Source of the DNA: a virus
IMG/VR virus record: IMGVR_UViG_3300030012_004234
Span: 6,786-70,785 of that record
Direction: 5' to 3' (one strand)
Length of the DNA stretch: 64,000 nt
Of this stretch, positions 10,283-20,366 are shown piece by piece. The translations under genes were made by a program, and so were the position numbers. Numbering within the stretch: the stretch's first letter is position 1; every line of letters starts with the position of its first letter. The notes beneath the pieces were generated by a model. That model searched no databases, was not told where the DNA came from, and saw only the letters and a list, made by a program, of their open reading frames with translations.

Positions 10283-11256
10283 TAAATTAACGATTCGCCT
10301 TTTACTTTTTTACCGTCTATTTCAATTATATTTTCTAAAATTAACTCTTCAGCTTGATTATTTAAATTTTCTTTTATACAATTAGCTAATGCCCAATTAC
10401 CGTCTTCATTGTAATGCCAATCATTTACAAAGGTACCATCAGAATGTAGAGTCCATTTGAACTGGTCATCCATATGTTTTTTTCTAAAAGACTGCAATTC
10501 AGTCATATTTAGTATATTAAGTTTATTAAACATAGTTTCAAAACTTAGTTCTTTTATAAGCTCATTATCAAAAGGTACACTATGGTAATCTTTTAAAGAA
10601 AATTTATACTTATCTTCTTGTTTAGTATCTTTTATTTTAAATGATGTAAAAGGAGATTCTATATATCTAATACTAGCTCCTCTAGCTTCTAAATAATTCT
10701 GTAAATAAAATAATTCGTATAACTGCTCTATTTCAGATATTTCAAAATCGAAAAAATTATTTATAAAATTTATTTTAGCTTCATCTGGTCCTACAAATCC
10801 AAATTTGTCTCCTTTAGCACTCTTTGCTATATTACTAACACTTTCTCTTATTTTATTACCTTTATATAGCATTATAGCTTCTTTTCTTACAGGGCTTGGA
10901 ACCTGCATTACAAAAAGATGATTAGTAAGATCTTCTACTCTGTAGCTATAATTTTTGAATGCTCGTATCACAGCTTCTATTCCTAATCCTCCAAAACCAA
11001 AATTATGAAAAACATCTACTCTTAATAATTTTGCTAACATACCGCCCCATGTTAAATTATCACTAATGTACTTTCCTGAAACATAGCTTTTTTTATACTT
11101 TTCTTTTAGTTGATCAGTCGCTACTTCATATACTTCTTCACCATCAATCACCTGAGGTTGCATTATCTTTTTAACATATGCAGTACCTTGAGTATGAGAG
11201 CATCCTCCAGATATAAGTACTTTTTCTTTAGTTCTTGAATATTTAAAATCTTTCAT
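10282..11256 (-). CDS. SGNH/GDSL-like protein
   Basis: SGGCSHTQG, TWG..LA, NFGFGGLG, DWHYNEDGN..LA. Confidence 0.7.
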   Translation of the reverse strand: MKDFKYSRTKEKVLISGGCSHTQGTAYVKKIMQPQVIDGEEVYEVATDQLKEKYKKSYVSGKYISDNLTWGGMLAKLLRVDVFHNFGFGGLGIEAVIRAFKNYSYRVEDLTNHLFVMQVPSPVRKEAIMLYKGNKIRESVSNIAKSAKGDKFGFVGPDEAKINFINNFFDFEISEIEQLYELFYLQNYLEARGASIRYIESPFTSFKIKDTKQEDKYKFSLKDYHSVPFDNELIKELSFETMFNKLNILNMTELQSFRKKHMDDQFKWTLHSDGTFVNDWHYNEDGNWALANCIKENLNNQAEELILENIIEIDGKKVKGESLI

Positions 11257-11257
11257 A

Positions 11258-12181
11258 TTAATTTTTTATTAACGATAACATAGGAACTAATTCTTTATAA
11301 GAACAGTTTTTACAATGAGAAGTAGGTTTATTAGTTAAGCATCCATTTTTTACATTTAAATAATCCTTAGTTTCTCTTATTTCATCTATAGTATTTTCAA
11401 ATAAATTTCCGAATGGTTCAGCACCAGTATTTAAACAGCACATTTTTACATGTCCTTCAACAGTAGTATAAATTCCATTTTTAACCCAAAAACAATCAGG
11501 AAAGTCCCATTCATCTTTTCCTTTGATATTACCTTTCCAGTTTTCTTTTAAATACTGTATATCTTCTTGTCTATACCCTCCAGGCATAGATTTATCTTCA
11601 GACCAATCTTGAGCTATATTTAATCTTAATTCTTCTAGATTATATACATCAACTATTTCTTTTTGAATAATAGGTATATCGTAAACATTATCAGGATTAA
11701 CAACGTAGTTACAGGTTACTCTACAATTATGTCGATTCATATTTTTAAAATCTTCTAAAAATGAAATCAATTTAGGCCATTTAGCTGGAGATCTATCTCT
11801 TTCGTATGATTCTTTATAACCGTCTATACTAAAGTATAACAAATCAATATATTTCATACAGTTTTCAAACTTTTTACCCATTTTACTATTAGGTCTAACT
11901 GGGTATTGACAGTTAGTTGCTACTATCAAAAAAGCATCGGGAAAATATTCTTTGAACGTTTTACAAATTATATCGAATTGAGGGTGTAACATAGGCTCTC
12001 CCATACCCATCAATTTAGCCTCTTGAATTGGGTGATGCTTTAAACCTTCTAACATAGTTCTAAATTTAGAAATAGGCATATGCTGTAATGCTCCTATCAC
12101 CTCGTGTCTATTACAAAAAGAACACTGCAGGTTACAGTAGTTAGTAGTTTCTAAATATGCATATGTTATAGGTTGCGTCAT
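11258..12181 (-). CDS. Radical SAM / SPASM domain protein
   Basis: CNLQCSFC, GMGEPMLHP, SIDG; C-terminal C...G.VKMCC...FGN...CKNC. Confidence 0.92.
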   Translation of the reverse strand: MTQPITYAYLETTNYCNLQCSFCNRHEVIGALQHMPISKFRTMLEGLKHHPIQEAKLMGMGEPMLHPQFDIICKTFKEYFPDAFLIVATNCQYPVRPNSKMGKKFENCMKYIDLLYFSIDGYKESYERDRSPAKWPKLISFLEDFKNMNRHNCRVTCNYVVNPDNVYDIPIIQKEIVDVYNLEELRLNIAQDWSEDKSMPGGYRQEDIQYLKENWKGNIKGKDEWDFPDCFWVKNGIYTTVEGHVKMCCLNTGAEPFGNLFENTIDEIRETKDYLNVKNGCLTNKPTSHCKNCSYKELVPMLSLIKN

Positions 12182-12831
12182 ACTTCTCTTTTTTTATTCT
12201 TATTAAATAAAAATTGGTGAGGTTGTTTATATAGAATATTAGTTAATCCGAATTCTTTTATAATAAAAGCATGAGCATGATGACCTCCATTAGTCCCTTG
12301 CATTTCGTCGCTTTCTTTACTTTTAAAATAATACTTCCAGCCGTTAGCGTAAATATCAAAAGTTACTGATGTTCCTCCAAAGAAGTAATCAGAGTCTAAT
12401 CTGCAAAGTCCTTTTTCGTATCTTATTTTAGAATGTGTATTTATCTCTAAAGGTTCATGATTTTGAGATTTTTCTAATAAATAATTTAATAAAGATTCAA
12501 CTTCAAATAAAATTCCATTTCTAGTCCATAATACGTAATCATATATAAAATTATTTTTAAGCTCATAATCACTTTTTAATTTATTTACTCTATGAATTAA
12601 ATAAAAAGCCCTCTCAGTATTATTTTTAAATTCAGTAATGTTAGGATCCAAAAACTCCTTACCTTTAAAGTTGCCAAAAGGTTTTTTATCTTCAAAATCA
12701 TCCCAGGTACTAGTAAAGTAATCTATATTTAAATTCTCATGATTTAAATTAGCATAAATTTCATTTAAGGTACGAAACGTTCTTGTTTGCCCCCAAAAGC
12801 AAATTGCAATATTTTTCTTATTTATACTCAT
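12178..12831 (-). CDS. Putative GT-A-like glycan biosynthesis protein (paralog of 19153..19929)
   Basis: IAICFWGQTR, DYFTSTWD, YE..NNFIYDYV..TR; same layout as 19153..19929. Confidence 0.6.
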   Translation of the reverse strand: MSINKKNIAICFWGQTRTFRTLNEIYANLNHENLNIDYFTSTWDDFEDKKPFGNFKGKEFLDPNITEFKNNTERAFYLIHRVNKLKSDYELKNNFIYDYVLWTRNGILFEVESLLNYLLEKSQNHEPLEINTHSKIRYEKGLCRLDSDYFFGGTSVTFDIYANGWKYYFKSKESDEMQGTNGGHHAHAFIIKEFGLTNILYKQPHQFLFNKNKKREV

Positions 12832-13549
12832 TCAAATAATTTTGTAACCATTCAGGAGTACCTAATTCATAAACTTTATCAACATGAGTTATAACTATAT
12901 GTTTACCGTCTTTAATCGCATAGTTATAAACTGGTGCAACGTAAAATTCATTATTAACTCTATCATTAGCTTGTATCATCTCTTCTGCATACTTAACAAA
13001 GTCACACCCTCTATTCCAATAATAATATCCAGCAGTCGCATCATCAGATATTTTTTTCTTTTCTGCTACTTCTTCTACGTATCCTTCACTATTAACCTTG
13101 GCATAGCTCCACTCTTCACTTTTACCTATAAAGCAAGGCATACCTCCATCGTGTAAACTTAATCTACTAAATGTATCGTTAGGATCATAATCTATCATTT
13201 GATCTGAGTTAAAACTTAAAAACGGTGTAGTATTATCTATAAACTCTTTAGCAGTTAATAAAGTACATGCTGCTCCTTGAGTAGTTTCATTAAGTCTAAT
13301 TATTTCAATATTGTCATGTCCTATAATTTCATTAAATAAAGTAAAATCATATTTTAAATAATCAGCCTCTTGACATATTATTATAAATTTAAATTTTTTA
13401 TCAAACTCTATATTTAAATTTTCTACAACTCTTTGAATCATAGGTTTACCATTTACATCTATAAACGGTTTAGAATCCGTATAACCTTGTTCTTGAAATC
13501 TAGAACCTTTACCTGCCATAGGTAAAACTATATTAAAAAACTGTTTCAT
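12818..13549 (-). CDS. Sugar nucleotidyltransferase (dTDP-glucose pyrophosphorylase-like)
   Basis: LPMAGKGSRF..KPFIDV, TQGAACT, NSDQ, NNEFYVAPVYN, LGTPE; paralog of the C-terminal half of 2701..4077. Confidence 0.88.
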   Translation of the reverse strand: MKQFFNIVLPMAGKGSRFQEQGYTDSKPFIDVNGKPMIQRVVENLNIEFDKKFKFIIICQEADYLKYDFTLFNEIIGHDNIEIIRLNETTQGAACTLLTAKEFIDNTTPFLSFNSDQMIDYDPNDTFSRLSLHDGGMPCFIGKSEEWSYAKVNSEGYVEEVAEKKKISDDATAGYYYWNRGCDFVKYAEEMIQANDRVNNEFYVAPVYNYAIKDGKHIVITHVDKVYELGTPEWLQNYLNEYK

Positions 13550-13551
13550 AT

Positions 13552-13860
13552 TTAATTTTTAAAAAATTCATCTGGATGAATAGATCTATCGTCTATAAAT
13601 ATATCTGCATCAAAAGGTTTAAAGTATAGATGGTGATATTTGCAGCCCCAAGATTCTAATTGAGCTTCAGTTATAGGTCTATAGTAATTTTCTCCTCTAC
13701 CACTTTTATTTCCTCTAGCTGTATAAAAAATAATAGTATGACCTTGATCGTAAAGGTCATTAATCTGTTTTATCCTATCACGATAAGGAATCCTGGTAAT
13801 AACAGGGCCCTTTTCTATGCATATAGTATCGTCTATATCTATTACGTATTTTTTACTCAT
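13552..13860 (-). CDS. Small cap-less HAD phosphatase (capsule-biosynthesis type)
   Basis: DIDDTIC, FYTARG, KP..D.FIDDRS. Confidence 0.85.
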   Translation of the reverse strand: MSKKYVIDIDDTICIEKGPVITRIPYRDRIKQINDLYDQGHTIIFYTARGNKSGRGENYYRPITEAQLESWGCKYHHLYFKPFDADIFIDDRSIHPDEFFKN

Positions 13861-14518
13861 TATTATATAAAGTCTTAACTAATTCGAAATCTATTTCCGT
13901 ATCAACATCAACCAATTCTTTATCGTCCCAGTCAACAAGATATGGGTACGGTTCATTATATAAATTAGGAAATAATTCCCAATTTTCCAACATATAATTA
14001 CGTTTATACATAACTAATGAATGTGTAGCTTCCCATAAAAAAGGACCTGATGTTGTTGAAAGTCTGTCATTAGGTTTAAAATTAATAGGTATTTTTTTAT
14101 TATCCCAGAAAAAATTACGTTTCTGTTTTACTGTAATAGCACTTTGATGTGTAGTTGATTTGAACCAATCTACTACTCTTTGTAGTTTATCTACATCCAA
14201 AAAAGGCTGGCAAGGATTATAATTAATTATATATTCTGATTCAACAGCATTTAAATGATCGTACATAATACTATGATGACAGTTTCCTGGTGCTACAGCT
14301 TCATAGTCTCTTAACAAAATATCAATCTTACCTGATGCTTTATCTATTAACTCTTTATCATAAGCTGCTAGATACTTTTCTTCTACATTAGTAAGCTTTT
14401 TTACATTTTCTATAGCGATATCTATAAGAGTATTTTTATCTCCTAAATCTCTAAGATGTTTATCAGGACATCTGCTACTTTGTCTCCTAGCATGAATAAT
14501 TACTGCTATACTTTTCAT
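13853..14518 (-). CDS. neuA: Acylneuraminate cytidylyltransferase family protein
   Basis: IHARRQSSRCPDKHLR, NPCQPFL, DVDTEIDFEL; divergent from canonical ARGGSK. Confidence 0.8.
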   Translation of the reverse strand: MKSIAVIIHARRQSSRCPDKHLRDLGDKNTLIDIAIENVKKLTNVEEKYLAAYDKELIDKASGKIDILLRDYEAVAPGNCHHSIMYDHLNAVESEYIINYNPCQPFLDVDKLQRVVDWFKSTTHQSAITVKQKRNFFWDNKKIPINFKPNDRLSTTSGPFLWEATHSLVMYKRNYMLENWELFPNLYNEPYPYLVDWDDKELVDVDTEIDFELVKTLYNNE

Positions 14519-15159
14519 AACTCTAACCAGAATTTAGTTTTCTTGATTCTATTCCAAAAAGGTTTTTCAAAATCTGAATAATGTTCTTTCCACTTTTGTG
14601 TAAAAACTCTATTTAAAATATGATCATCTCCCTTTAAAAAGGGGTATATCATTCTTTTTAAACCATCTTCTTGCCATACATTATATAAAGGTATTTCCAA
14701 ATTGTATCCTAGATAGTTATTAAACTGTACTGATAATTTACTTAAATCAAAAAATTTAATTTTACATCCATTCCATTCATCATTTAATAAAATATTTTCT
14801 ACAAAAAATTTACCTATATAACTTGCATAATAATTTAAATACGGAGTATAACTATCAAAATTTTCCATATGCTTATGCATATAAGATGACGGTTCAGGTT
14901 CTCCTGCTTCTACATACCAGTCACGAAGTCTTTGAATATACTCACTCTTAGCTCTTTCATATGGATCTCTTATAGGAAAATAAACAGTGACGTTAGGATC
15001 TGAGGTTCCTATAAAGCTATCTATTTGATCCCAGTTATTTTCCTCCTCTAACCTTTCCCAACCTTCGTTTCTTATATGTATTTGTTTGATAGCTTGACTT
15101 CCGTTTTTAGCTAATCCAACTATAACATTATTATCTTTTTTTATATATCTGGTGCTCAT
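14515..15159 (-). CDS. Divergent sulfotransferase-family protein
   Basis: AKNGSQAI (5'-PSB-like) and IRDPYERAKS (3'-PB-like). Confidence 0.6.
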   Translation of the reverse strand: MSTRYIKKDNNVIVGLAKNGSQAIKQIHIRNEGWERLEEENNWDQIDSFIGTSDPNVTVYFPIRDPYERAKSEYIQRLRDWYVEAGEPEPSSYMHKHMENFDSYTPYLNYYASYIGKFFVENILLNDEWNGCKIKFFDLSKLSVQFNNYLGYNLEIPLYNVWQEDGLKRMIYPFLKGDDHILNRVFTQKWKEHYSDFEKPFWNRIKKTKFWLEL

Positions 15160-15959
15160 ACTAAACTATAATTTAATTTCTTTTTATCTAAATTTACTTT
15201 CATTTTTAATTTTTTACCTCCAAAAAATTCAGGAGTTAGTACTTCATAATTTTTTTCCTTAGGAACTTGTAAGAAAATAGGTACATCACTTTTAGTCATA
15301 GCCAATAAAACAGCTCTATGAGTTCCTCTTCTTAACATATGGTACATACTATTATAACATATAGGAAATAATAAACCGTTTTTCTTTATCGACATATACT
15401 GTCTTATATCGAAGTCTTGTTTCCATTTAATACAAGTATGGGTTTCATAATAATCTGTATAAGTAGAAGTATCAGGGTAAAGTAGGTCATATTTTTTTTC
15501 TATTTCTTTCCATTCTTCAGTATCCCATCCTACAGTATCTTCTACTTCTTTAATAAATTTTCTTGCTATAGTAACATCTTCATTATCATGCATATTTGTC
15601 ATATACTTATTAATTAATTTGTACGGTATAGTAAGATATAAGAAACTATCCCAATCTTTACCTAACCCTACCATATCCATTGATATAACATCTGCTTTAG
15701 CCATTACCATCTTATCGTCAAAAGGATTTATATTAAAGTACATAGGATCGAAACCATCCCAGTTAGCTCCTTCTTTGATAGTATCTATGTCTGAATTAAT
15801 AGGTCTTTCATTCCACCCAGATTTTTCTTTATTACCTTTTAATTCTTTGTGTACTTCTAAATATAAGTCTACAACTTTTTGATAAGGAATTATATCAAAA
15901 TGCTTCAAAGATTTAAAACTATCTTTCCAGTATTTTACTCCTGTTAATTTAAAATTCAT
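15156..15959 (-). CDS. Hypothetical protein with ParB/Srx-like C-terminal motif
   Basis: SIKKNGLLFPI...RGTHRAVL...DVPI. Confidence 0.5.
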   Translation of the reverse strand: MNFKLTGVKYWKDSFKSLKHFDIIPYQKVVDLYLEVHKELKGNKEKSGWNERPINSDIDTIKEGANWDGFDPMYFNINPFDDKMVMAKADVISMDMVGLGKDWDSFLYLTIPYKLINKYMTNMHDNEDVTIARKFIKEVEDTVGWDTEEWKEIEKKYDLLYPDTSTYTDYYETHTCIKWKQDFDIRQYMSIKKNGLLFPICYNSMYHMLRRGTHRAVLLAMTKSDVPIFLQVPKEKNYEVLTPEFFGGKKLKMKVNLDKKKLNYSLV

Positions 15960-16599
15960 AATTAAATAATTCTATATCATTTTTATATTTTTCAGCAACA
16001 TAATTTTTAGCTTTTTCAGTATATGCCATTTTATAATTTTTTATTTTACTATACTGCGATATATTAGTTATAGGTAAAGGTCTATACGGTATGAATAACT
16101 TGCTGCAAATAACATGCCACGATTGATTTAAATGCTCGTATGTTCCAAAAAAATCTATATACGGTAGTTTATTTATACCATCATTATACTTACCTTTTAA
16201 AAATTCTACTTGAGAAGGTATATGAATAAACTCATCATACCAATTAGCTCTATCTATAGCTGTATCTAGTTTAGGATTAAAATCTTTTGGAATATTTCTA
16301 ACTGATTTATTATAATGTTTTTCAAATTTTTCTTCTAAATTAAAAACAGTACTATCAAAATCTTCTGAGTTTAACCAAGGTCTATATTTGTATTGAGAAA
16401 ATAATCTATCCCAAGGGTTTCTTATAATAGTAAATACAAAATATTCATTTAGTATTTTTTCATCTAAATCATCATGATGTATTTTGAATCCTTCATATAC
16501 TTCATCTTTATTAAACTTCGCATATAGTTCTCTGCCTATAGATGTCCCAGCGCACTTAGGTATATGTAGAAAGATAAATTTTTTATCGTGATTAACCAT
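15949..16599 (-). CDS. Sulfotransferase family 2 protein
   Basis: FIFLHIPKCAGTSI, FTIIRNPWDRLFS, YKNDIELFNYEF. Confidence 0.92.
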   Translation of the reverse strand: MVNHDKKFIFLHIPKCAGTSIGRELYAKFNKDEVYEGFKIHHDDLDEKILNEYFVFTIIRNPWDRLFSQYKYRPWLNSEDFDSTVFNLEEKFEKHYNKSVRNIPKDFNPKLDTAIDRANWYDEFIHIPSQVEFLKGKYNDGINKLPYIDFFGTYEHLNQSWHVICSKLFIPYRPLPITNISQYSKIKNYKMAYTEKAKNYVAEKYKNDIELFNYEF

Positions 16600-17446
16600 T
16601 TAAGTTTAATTTTTTAGTATATAAATCTAAATCTAAAAGGTAATAATTAGACCAATTATTTAAAGAATTATAATGTTTATCTAAATATTCTAAATCTAGA
16701 TCTTGCCAATCATTTACAAGTACTATAGGAAATATTTTAGCAAAATACTCTGTAACTACATTTCTATGGCAAATAGGTATAACTTTCAAATATAGGCATT
16801 CCCACATTCGATGACAGTCGATACCGTTTCCTTCTGGGCTCAAGCAATACTTGTAATTTTTAAGGTCTTTTATATAAGATTTAAAATCAGTATCTTCAGT
16901 CCATTGTAAACCTTTTTCTTTTCCGGCTTTATAACACTGAGGTCTATAATCATCTCTTAATCCTCCATTTATTTTAAAATTAAAAAATATAAATTCAGAC
17001 TTTTCTTTAGGTAGGCTTTTTAGCTCTTCATTAAAAATACCTATATCTCCCCATGGCCAGTTAGAATTAGCTAACCCTATTGGTAAAGGTATAAGTCTTT
17101 CATGTGTAGTGTTTACATTTTGACTATATATTTTTTTTATATTAGGAATATCAAAATACTTTTTATGAGTTTCGTCGAAGCTTTGATCTGAGTTATGTAG
17201 TATAAGATCAAAAGGATTTTTAAACTTACTTAACTTATCATAAAGGTTTATATCTTTTAAAGCAGGTTTATCTTCATTTATAAGACTACTATTACAGTAT
17301 ATAGTATTAGGATTGTTATAATTATCAAAATCGAAAGATTCTATATCGTAAGATAATGCATTTTTACTCTCAAATTCTTTCTGATCTAATTTAGAAAATC
17401 CTGCAGTTGCAAGTTCTTGTATTTTTTCTCCTGTTATAATTTCCAT
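16592..17446 (-). CDS. Exostosin (GT47)-like protein
   Basis: LHNSD, PLPIGLAN, YKYCLSPEGNGIDCHRMWECLYL..IPI. Confidence 0.8.
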   Translation of the reverse strand: MEIITGEKIQELATAGFSKLDQKEFESKNALSYDIESFDFDNYNNPNTIYCNSSLINEDKPALKDINLYDKLSKFKNPFDLILHNSDQSFDETHKKYFDIPNIKKIYSQNVNTTHERLIPLPIGLANSNWPWGDIGIFNEELKSLPKEKSEFIFFNFKINGGLRDDYRPQCYKAGKEKGLQWTEDTDFKSYIKDLKNYKYCLSPEGNGIDCHRMWECLYLKVIPICHRNVVTEYFAKIFPIVLVNDWQDLDLEYLDKHYNSLNNWSNYYLLDLDLYTKKLNLNG

Positions 17447-17451
17447 AGACT

Positions 17452-18222
17452 TTATTGAAACTTTTCATTTTCTTCTTCTAAAAAATTAAATACATTTAAG
17501 TCTAATCCTTCTTCTTCAACTAAGCTTTTCATAGCCTTAGTATCTTTTGGTAAACACATTCCTCCATATCCGTATCCAAAATCTTTATCTACTCTTAAAT
17601 AATGACCTTCTTCTACTGCATGAAATAAGAATGCATCTTTGATTGCATTATAATTACCTCCAAAATGTTTAGCTAATCTATAAAATGAATTAGCAAAGAT
17701 AATTCTCATAGCTTTGTAAGTATTAGAAAAATACTTCATTAATTCAGCTTCTATGATTTTCAGTTTAACTTTATGTGTAGGCAATATACCGTGAGATTCT
17801 ATAACTTTATTATAAACTTCTTCACTATCGGTTCCTACTACTAGTACACTATTATTATATACGAAGTCTTCAAATGCACACCTTTCTCTCAAAAATTCGG
17901 GTACAAAGCAAAAAGTACGGTTAGGGTATTTCTTTATTAACTTATCTGTTGTTCCAGGTTTTACTGTTGATTTGATAGATATTATACCATTATAATCTAA
18001 CCTATCTAAATCTTCTACGACGCTTAATACAGCGGTTATATCACAATGTCCTTTTTTATCAGATGGTGTACCAACACATATATAGATTATTTCAGTATCT
18101 AATACATCTTCAATTTTAGTATCATGTTTTATATCGTGATATTTTACTTGATGGTTTATTTTTTCAAAACCTTGTTTTATAGCAGTTCCAACTACTCCTT
18201 TTCCTATTATTCCTATAACCAT
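17452..18222 (-). CDS. ugd: UDP-glucose/GDP-mannose dehydrogenase family protein (short form)
   Basis: GKGVVG, CVGTP, IKSTVKPG, PEFLRE, AELMKYFSN, GYGGMCLPKD. Confidence 0.92.
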   Translation of the reverse strand: MVIGIIGKGVVGTAIKQGFEKINHQVKYHDIKHDTKIEDVLDTEIIYICVGTPSDKKGHCDITAVLSVVEDLDRLDYNGIISIKSTVKPGTTDKLIKKYPNRTFCFVPEFLRERCAFEDFVYNNSVLVVGTDSEEVYNKVIESHGILPTHKVKLKIIEAELMKYFSNTYKAMRIIFANSFYRLAKHFGGNYNAIKDAFLFHAVEEGHYLRVDKDFGYGYGGMCLPKDTKAMKSLVEEEGLDLNVFNFLEEENEKFQ

Positions 18223-18223
18223 G

Positions 18224-19156
18224 TTATTTATTATTTAAAAAATTTGCAATATTTTTATAACCTTCTTTTTCGAAGTTTAATTTATTATAAATAGTATTAT
18301 CTAAGTTAATAAAAATTTTAGATATATCAAACTCTTTCTGAATATTAATACTTGTTCCAATACCTAATTCTTCTACTCTTTTCGCTAATTCTATTATTTC
18401 TATAGAATCGTTTTCGTCATAAAGCGATACTACCGGTATAAAGTTTTCCACACAATGAGTTAACATTCCTACTCCTGGTCTGATTAAAAATGTGCAATTG
18501 GTATCTTTATTAATATCAGTAGATGTATTATATAATAAATTATTTTTAATTTCTTCTAAAGCCTTTTTGTAAGTATCTATATAGTTTAAACTTGGTTTAC
18601 CTAAAACTACAGTATCACTTTTACCCCAAATATTTTTTTCTTTTTCTATACATCCCCATCCAAATGCTTTTTTATTTTTATATTCTTTGATATTACCTGT
18701 TTCTACGTATTTATTAGTTAATATTAAGGGATTAAATAAATCTAAACACCTGTAATCTAATTCAGATAGTTCATTATCTCCAAATCTGTTCTTAAAAACA
18801 TCAGCCCATAAAAAAGAACCTGATAGAATTATATCGTCTCTATATTTTAGTAACCCTGCAATATTATCGCTAACTACTATATCGTAATCTAAAGTAGTAG
18901 GTCCATATAAATCTATCCATTTTTTATATTGATCAAAGCATATATCGTTATCTTTTAAAGCTTTATCCCATCTTATATTTGAAAACTTATAAAATATAAA
19001 ATTAGCTTTAAAATTAGGTTCAAATTTATCATATTGATACTTTTCACAGTATATAGTTATATCAAAATTTTTAGATAATGACTCACATATTTTCAAAATT
19101 CTGCTAAAATGCCCTAATCCGTTAGAACAGCTATAAAAACTTATCTTTTTTTTCAT
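18224..19156 (-). CDS. GT-B fold glycosyltransferase (GT28/PseG-like)
   Basis: SNGLGHFSR, DIVVSD, IRPGVG...IPVV, VEELGIG. Confidence 0.7.
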   Translation of the reverse strand: MKKKISFYSCSNGLGHFSRILKICESLSKNFDITIYCEKYQYDKFEPNFKANFIFYKFSNIRWDKALKDNDICFDQYKKWIDLYGPTTLDYDIVVSDNIAGLLKYRDDIILSGSFLWADVFKNRFGDNELSELDYRCLDLFNPLILTNKYVETGNIKEYKNKKAFGWGCIEKEKNIWGKSDTVVLGKPSLNYIDTYKKALEEIKNNLLYNTSTDINKDTNCTFLIRPGVGMLTHCVENFIPVVSLYDENDSIEIIELAKRVEELGIGTSINIQKEFDISKIFINLDNTIYNKLNFEKEGYKNIANFLNNK

Positions 19157-19929
19157 TTAGTATACCACTCTCTAAAATATTTTTCCATCTTCATAAAATC
19201 CTTTTCTTCAAATAAATTTAAATCTTCAGGACATCCTAACTTCAATAATACTTCACTCCATCCTAAATCATTAAAAATAGGAGTAATACCATAATCTCTA
19301 AAAAACTCATGCATTAAAACTCCTGGTCCTAAAGTATGTACGTTTTCTTCAGGTTTTCTCATTTTATATTGTCTATAGTGCATTAAATTTATTAAAAGAT
19401 CCATAGTGTAAGAGTTACCTAAAAATACACAATCGTTAAAGTTTTGCATATTAAACTCCATTTCCATATTACCTCCATGAGTAGTATGAAGTACACCGTC
19501 TGGTATCTTATTAGGAAAATTAAAAAACGATTCTGGATTGAAGACTACATCAGGTCTAGATTTTACTACTAGATCATATGTAAAATTATTTTTTATTTCA
19601 TGTTCTCTTTTTAACATTAGAGATTTTACTAAGCTAAAAAATAGTCCTGACCAGTGATCGTTACAGTAAAATTTTTTATTAGGTGTAGGGTCTAATAGAG
19701 CTTTTTGTGTACCAAATAAACTAGCAAACTCTCGAAATTCTTCTACAGTAACATCTCTTTTAGAATAAGGCTTTGTTACTCCTACTCTATCACTACTATA
19801 TGACCAAGTATGAGCAAAATAATCTACTTGTACACTTTCTCTATTTGCAGTAGACCAAAACCATTTTTGATTATTCCAACCTATTTTCCAACCTCTTAGT
19901 TGGCCTGATAAACATACTGCTATTTTCAT
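19153..19929 (-). CDS. Putative GT-A-like glycan biosynthesis protein
   Basis: MKIAVCLSGQLR, VDYFAHTW, YDLVVKSRPDVVF, FND.VFLG. Confidence 0.65.
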   Translation of the reverse strand: MKIAVCLSGQLRGWKIGWNNQKWFWSTANRESVQVDYFAHTWSYSSDRVGVTKPYSKRDVTVEEFREFASLFGTQKALLDPTPNKKFYCNDHWSGLFFSLVKSLMLKREHEIKNNFTYDLVVKSRPDVVFNPESFFNFPNKIPDGVLHTTHGGNMEMEFNMQNFNDCVFLGNSYTMDLLINLMHYRQYKMRKPEENVHTLGPGVLMHEFFRDYGITPIFNDLGWSEVLLKLGCPEDLNLFEEKDFMKMEKYFREWYTK

Positions 19930-20366
19930 ATTATCTTATCTTTAAGGTTATTTTTAAATTGAAATATTTTAACTCTATGTCTTCTTAAATTTGCATATAA
20001 AGTATTATTAGATCTATAGTTAGATACTATAAAAGGTAAATTCCAACTATTACATAAAATAAGAGATTCGTCTACTTTATTTTTATCATGAGGTCCTGCG
20101 TGAGTTACCTTTTCAAAATAAGCACAGTTATCATTTAAATTAAATTTAGATATATCTGAATCAAAAGATCTTAATGCATCTAAAGAGTTAATAATAAAAT
20201 GACCTAGATAAAATTTTTGAGAATGTATTTCTTTTCTTTTTATTTTAGTATAACATTCTTCTAACGTTCCTAGATATATATCAAACGGTACTGTTATGTA
20301 CTCTTGCCAATCAACGTCTATATGTTCTTTACAAATTATAGTGTATCTATGATTAAAAAATTCCAT
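19926..20366 (-). CDS. Hypothetical protein
   Basis: 146-aa ORF translationally coupled to both neighbours. Confidence 0.55.
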   Translation of the reverse strand: MEFFNHRYTIICKEHIDVDWQEYITVPFDIYLGTLEECYTKIKRKEIHSQKFYLGHFIINSLDALRSFDSDISKFNLNDNCAYFEKVTHAGPHDKNKVDESLILCNSWNLPFIVSNYRSNNTLYANLRRHRVKIFQFKNNLKDKII

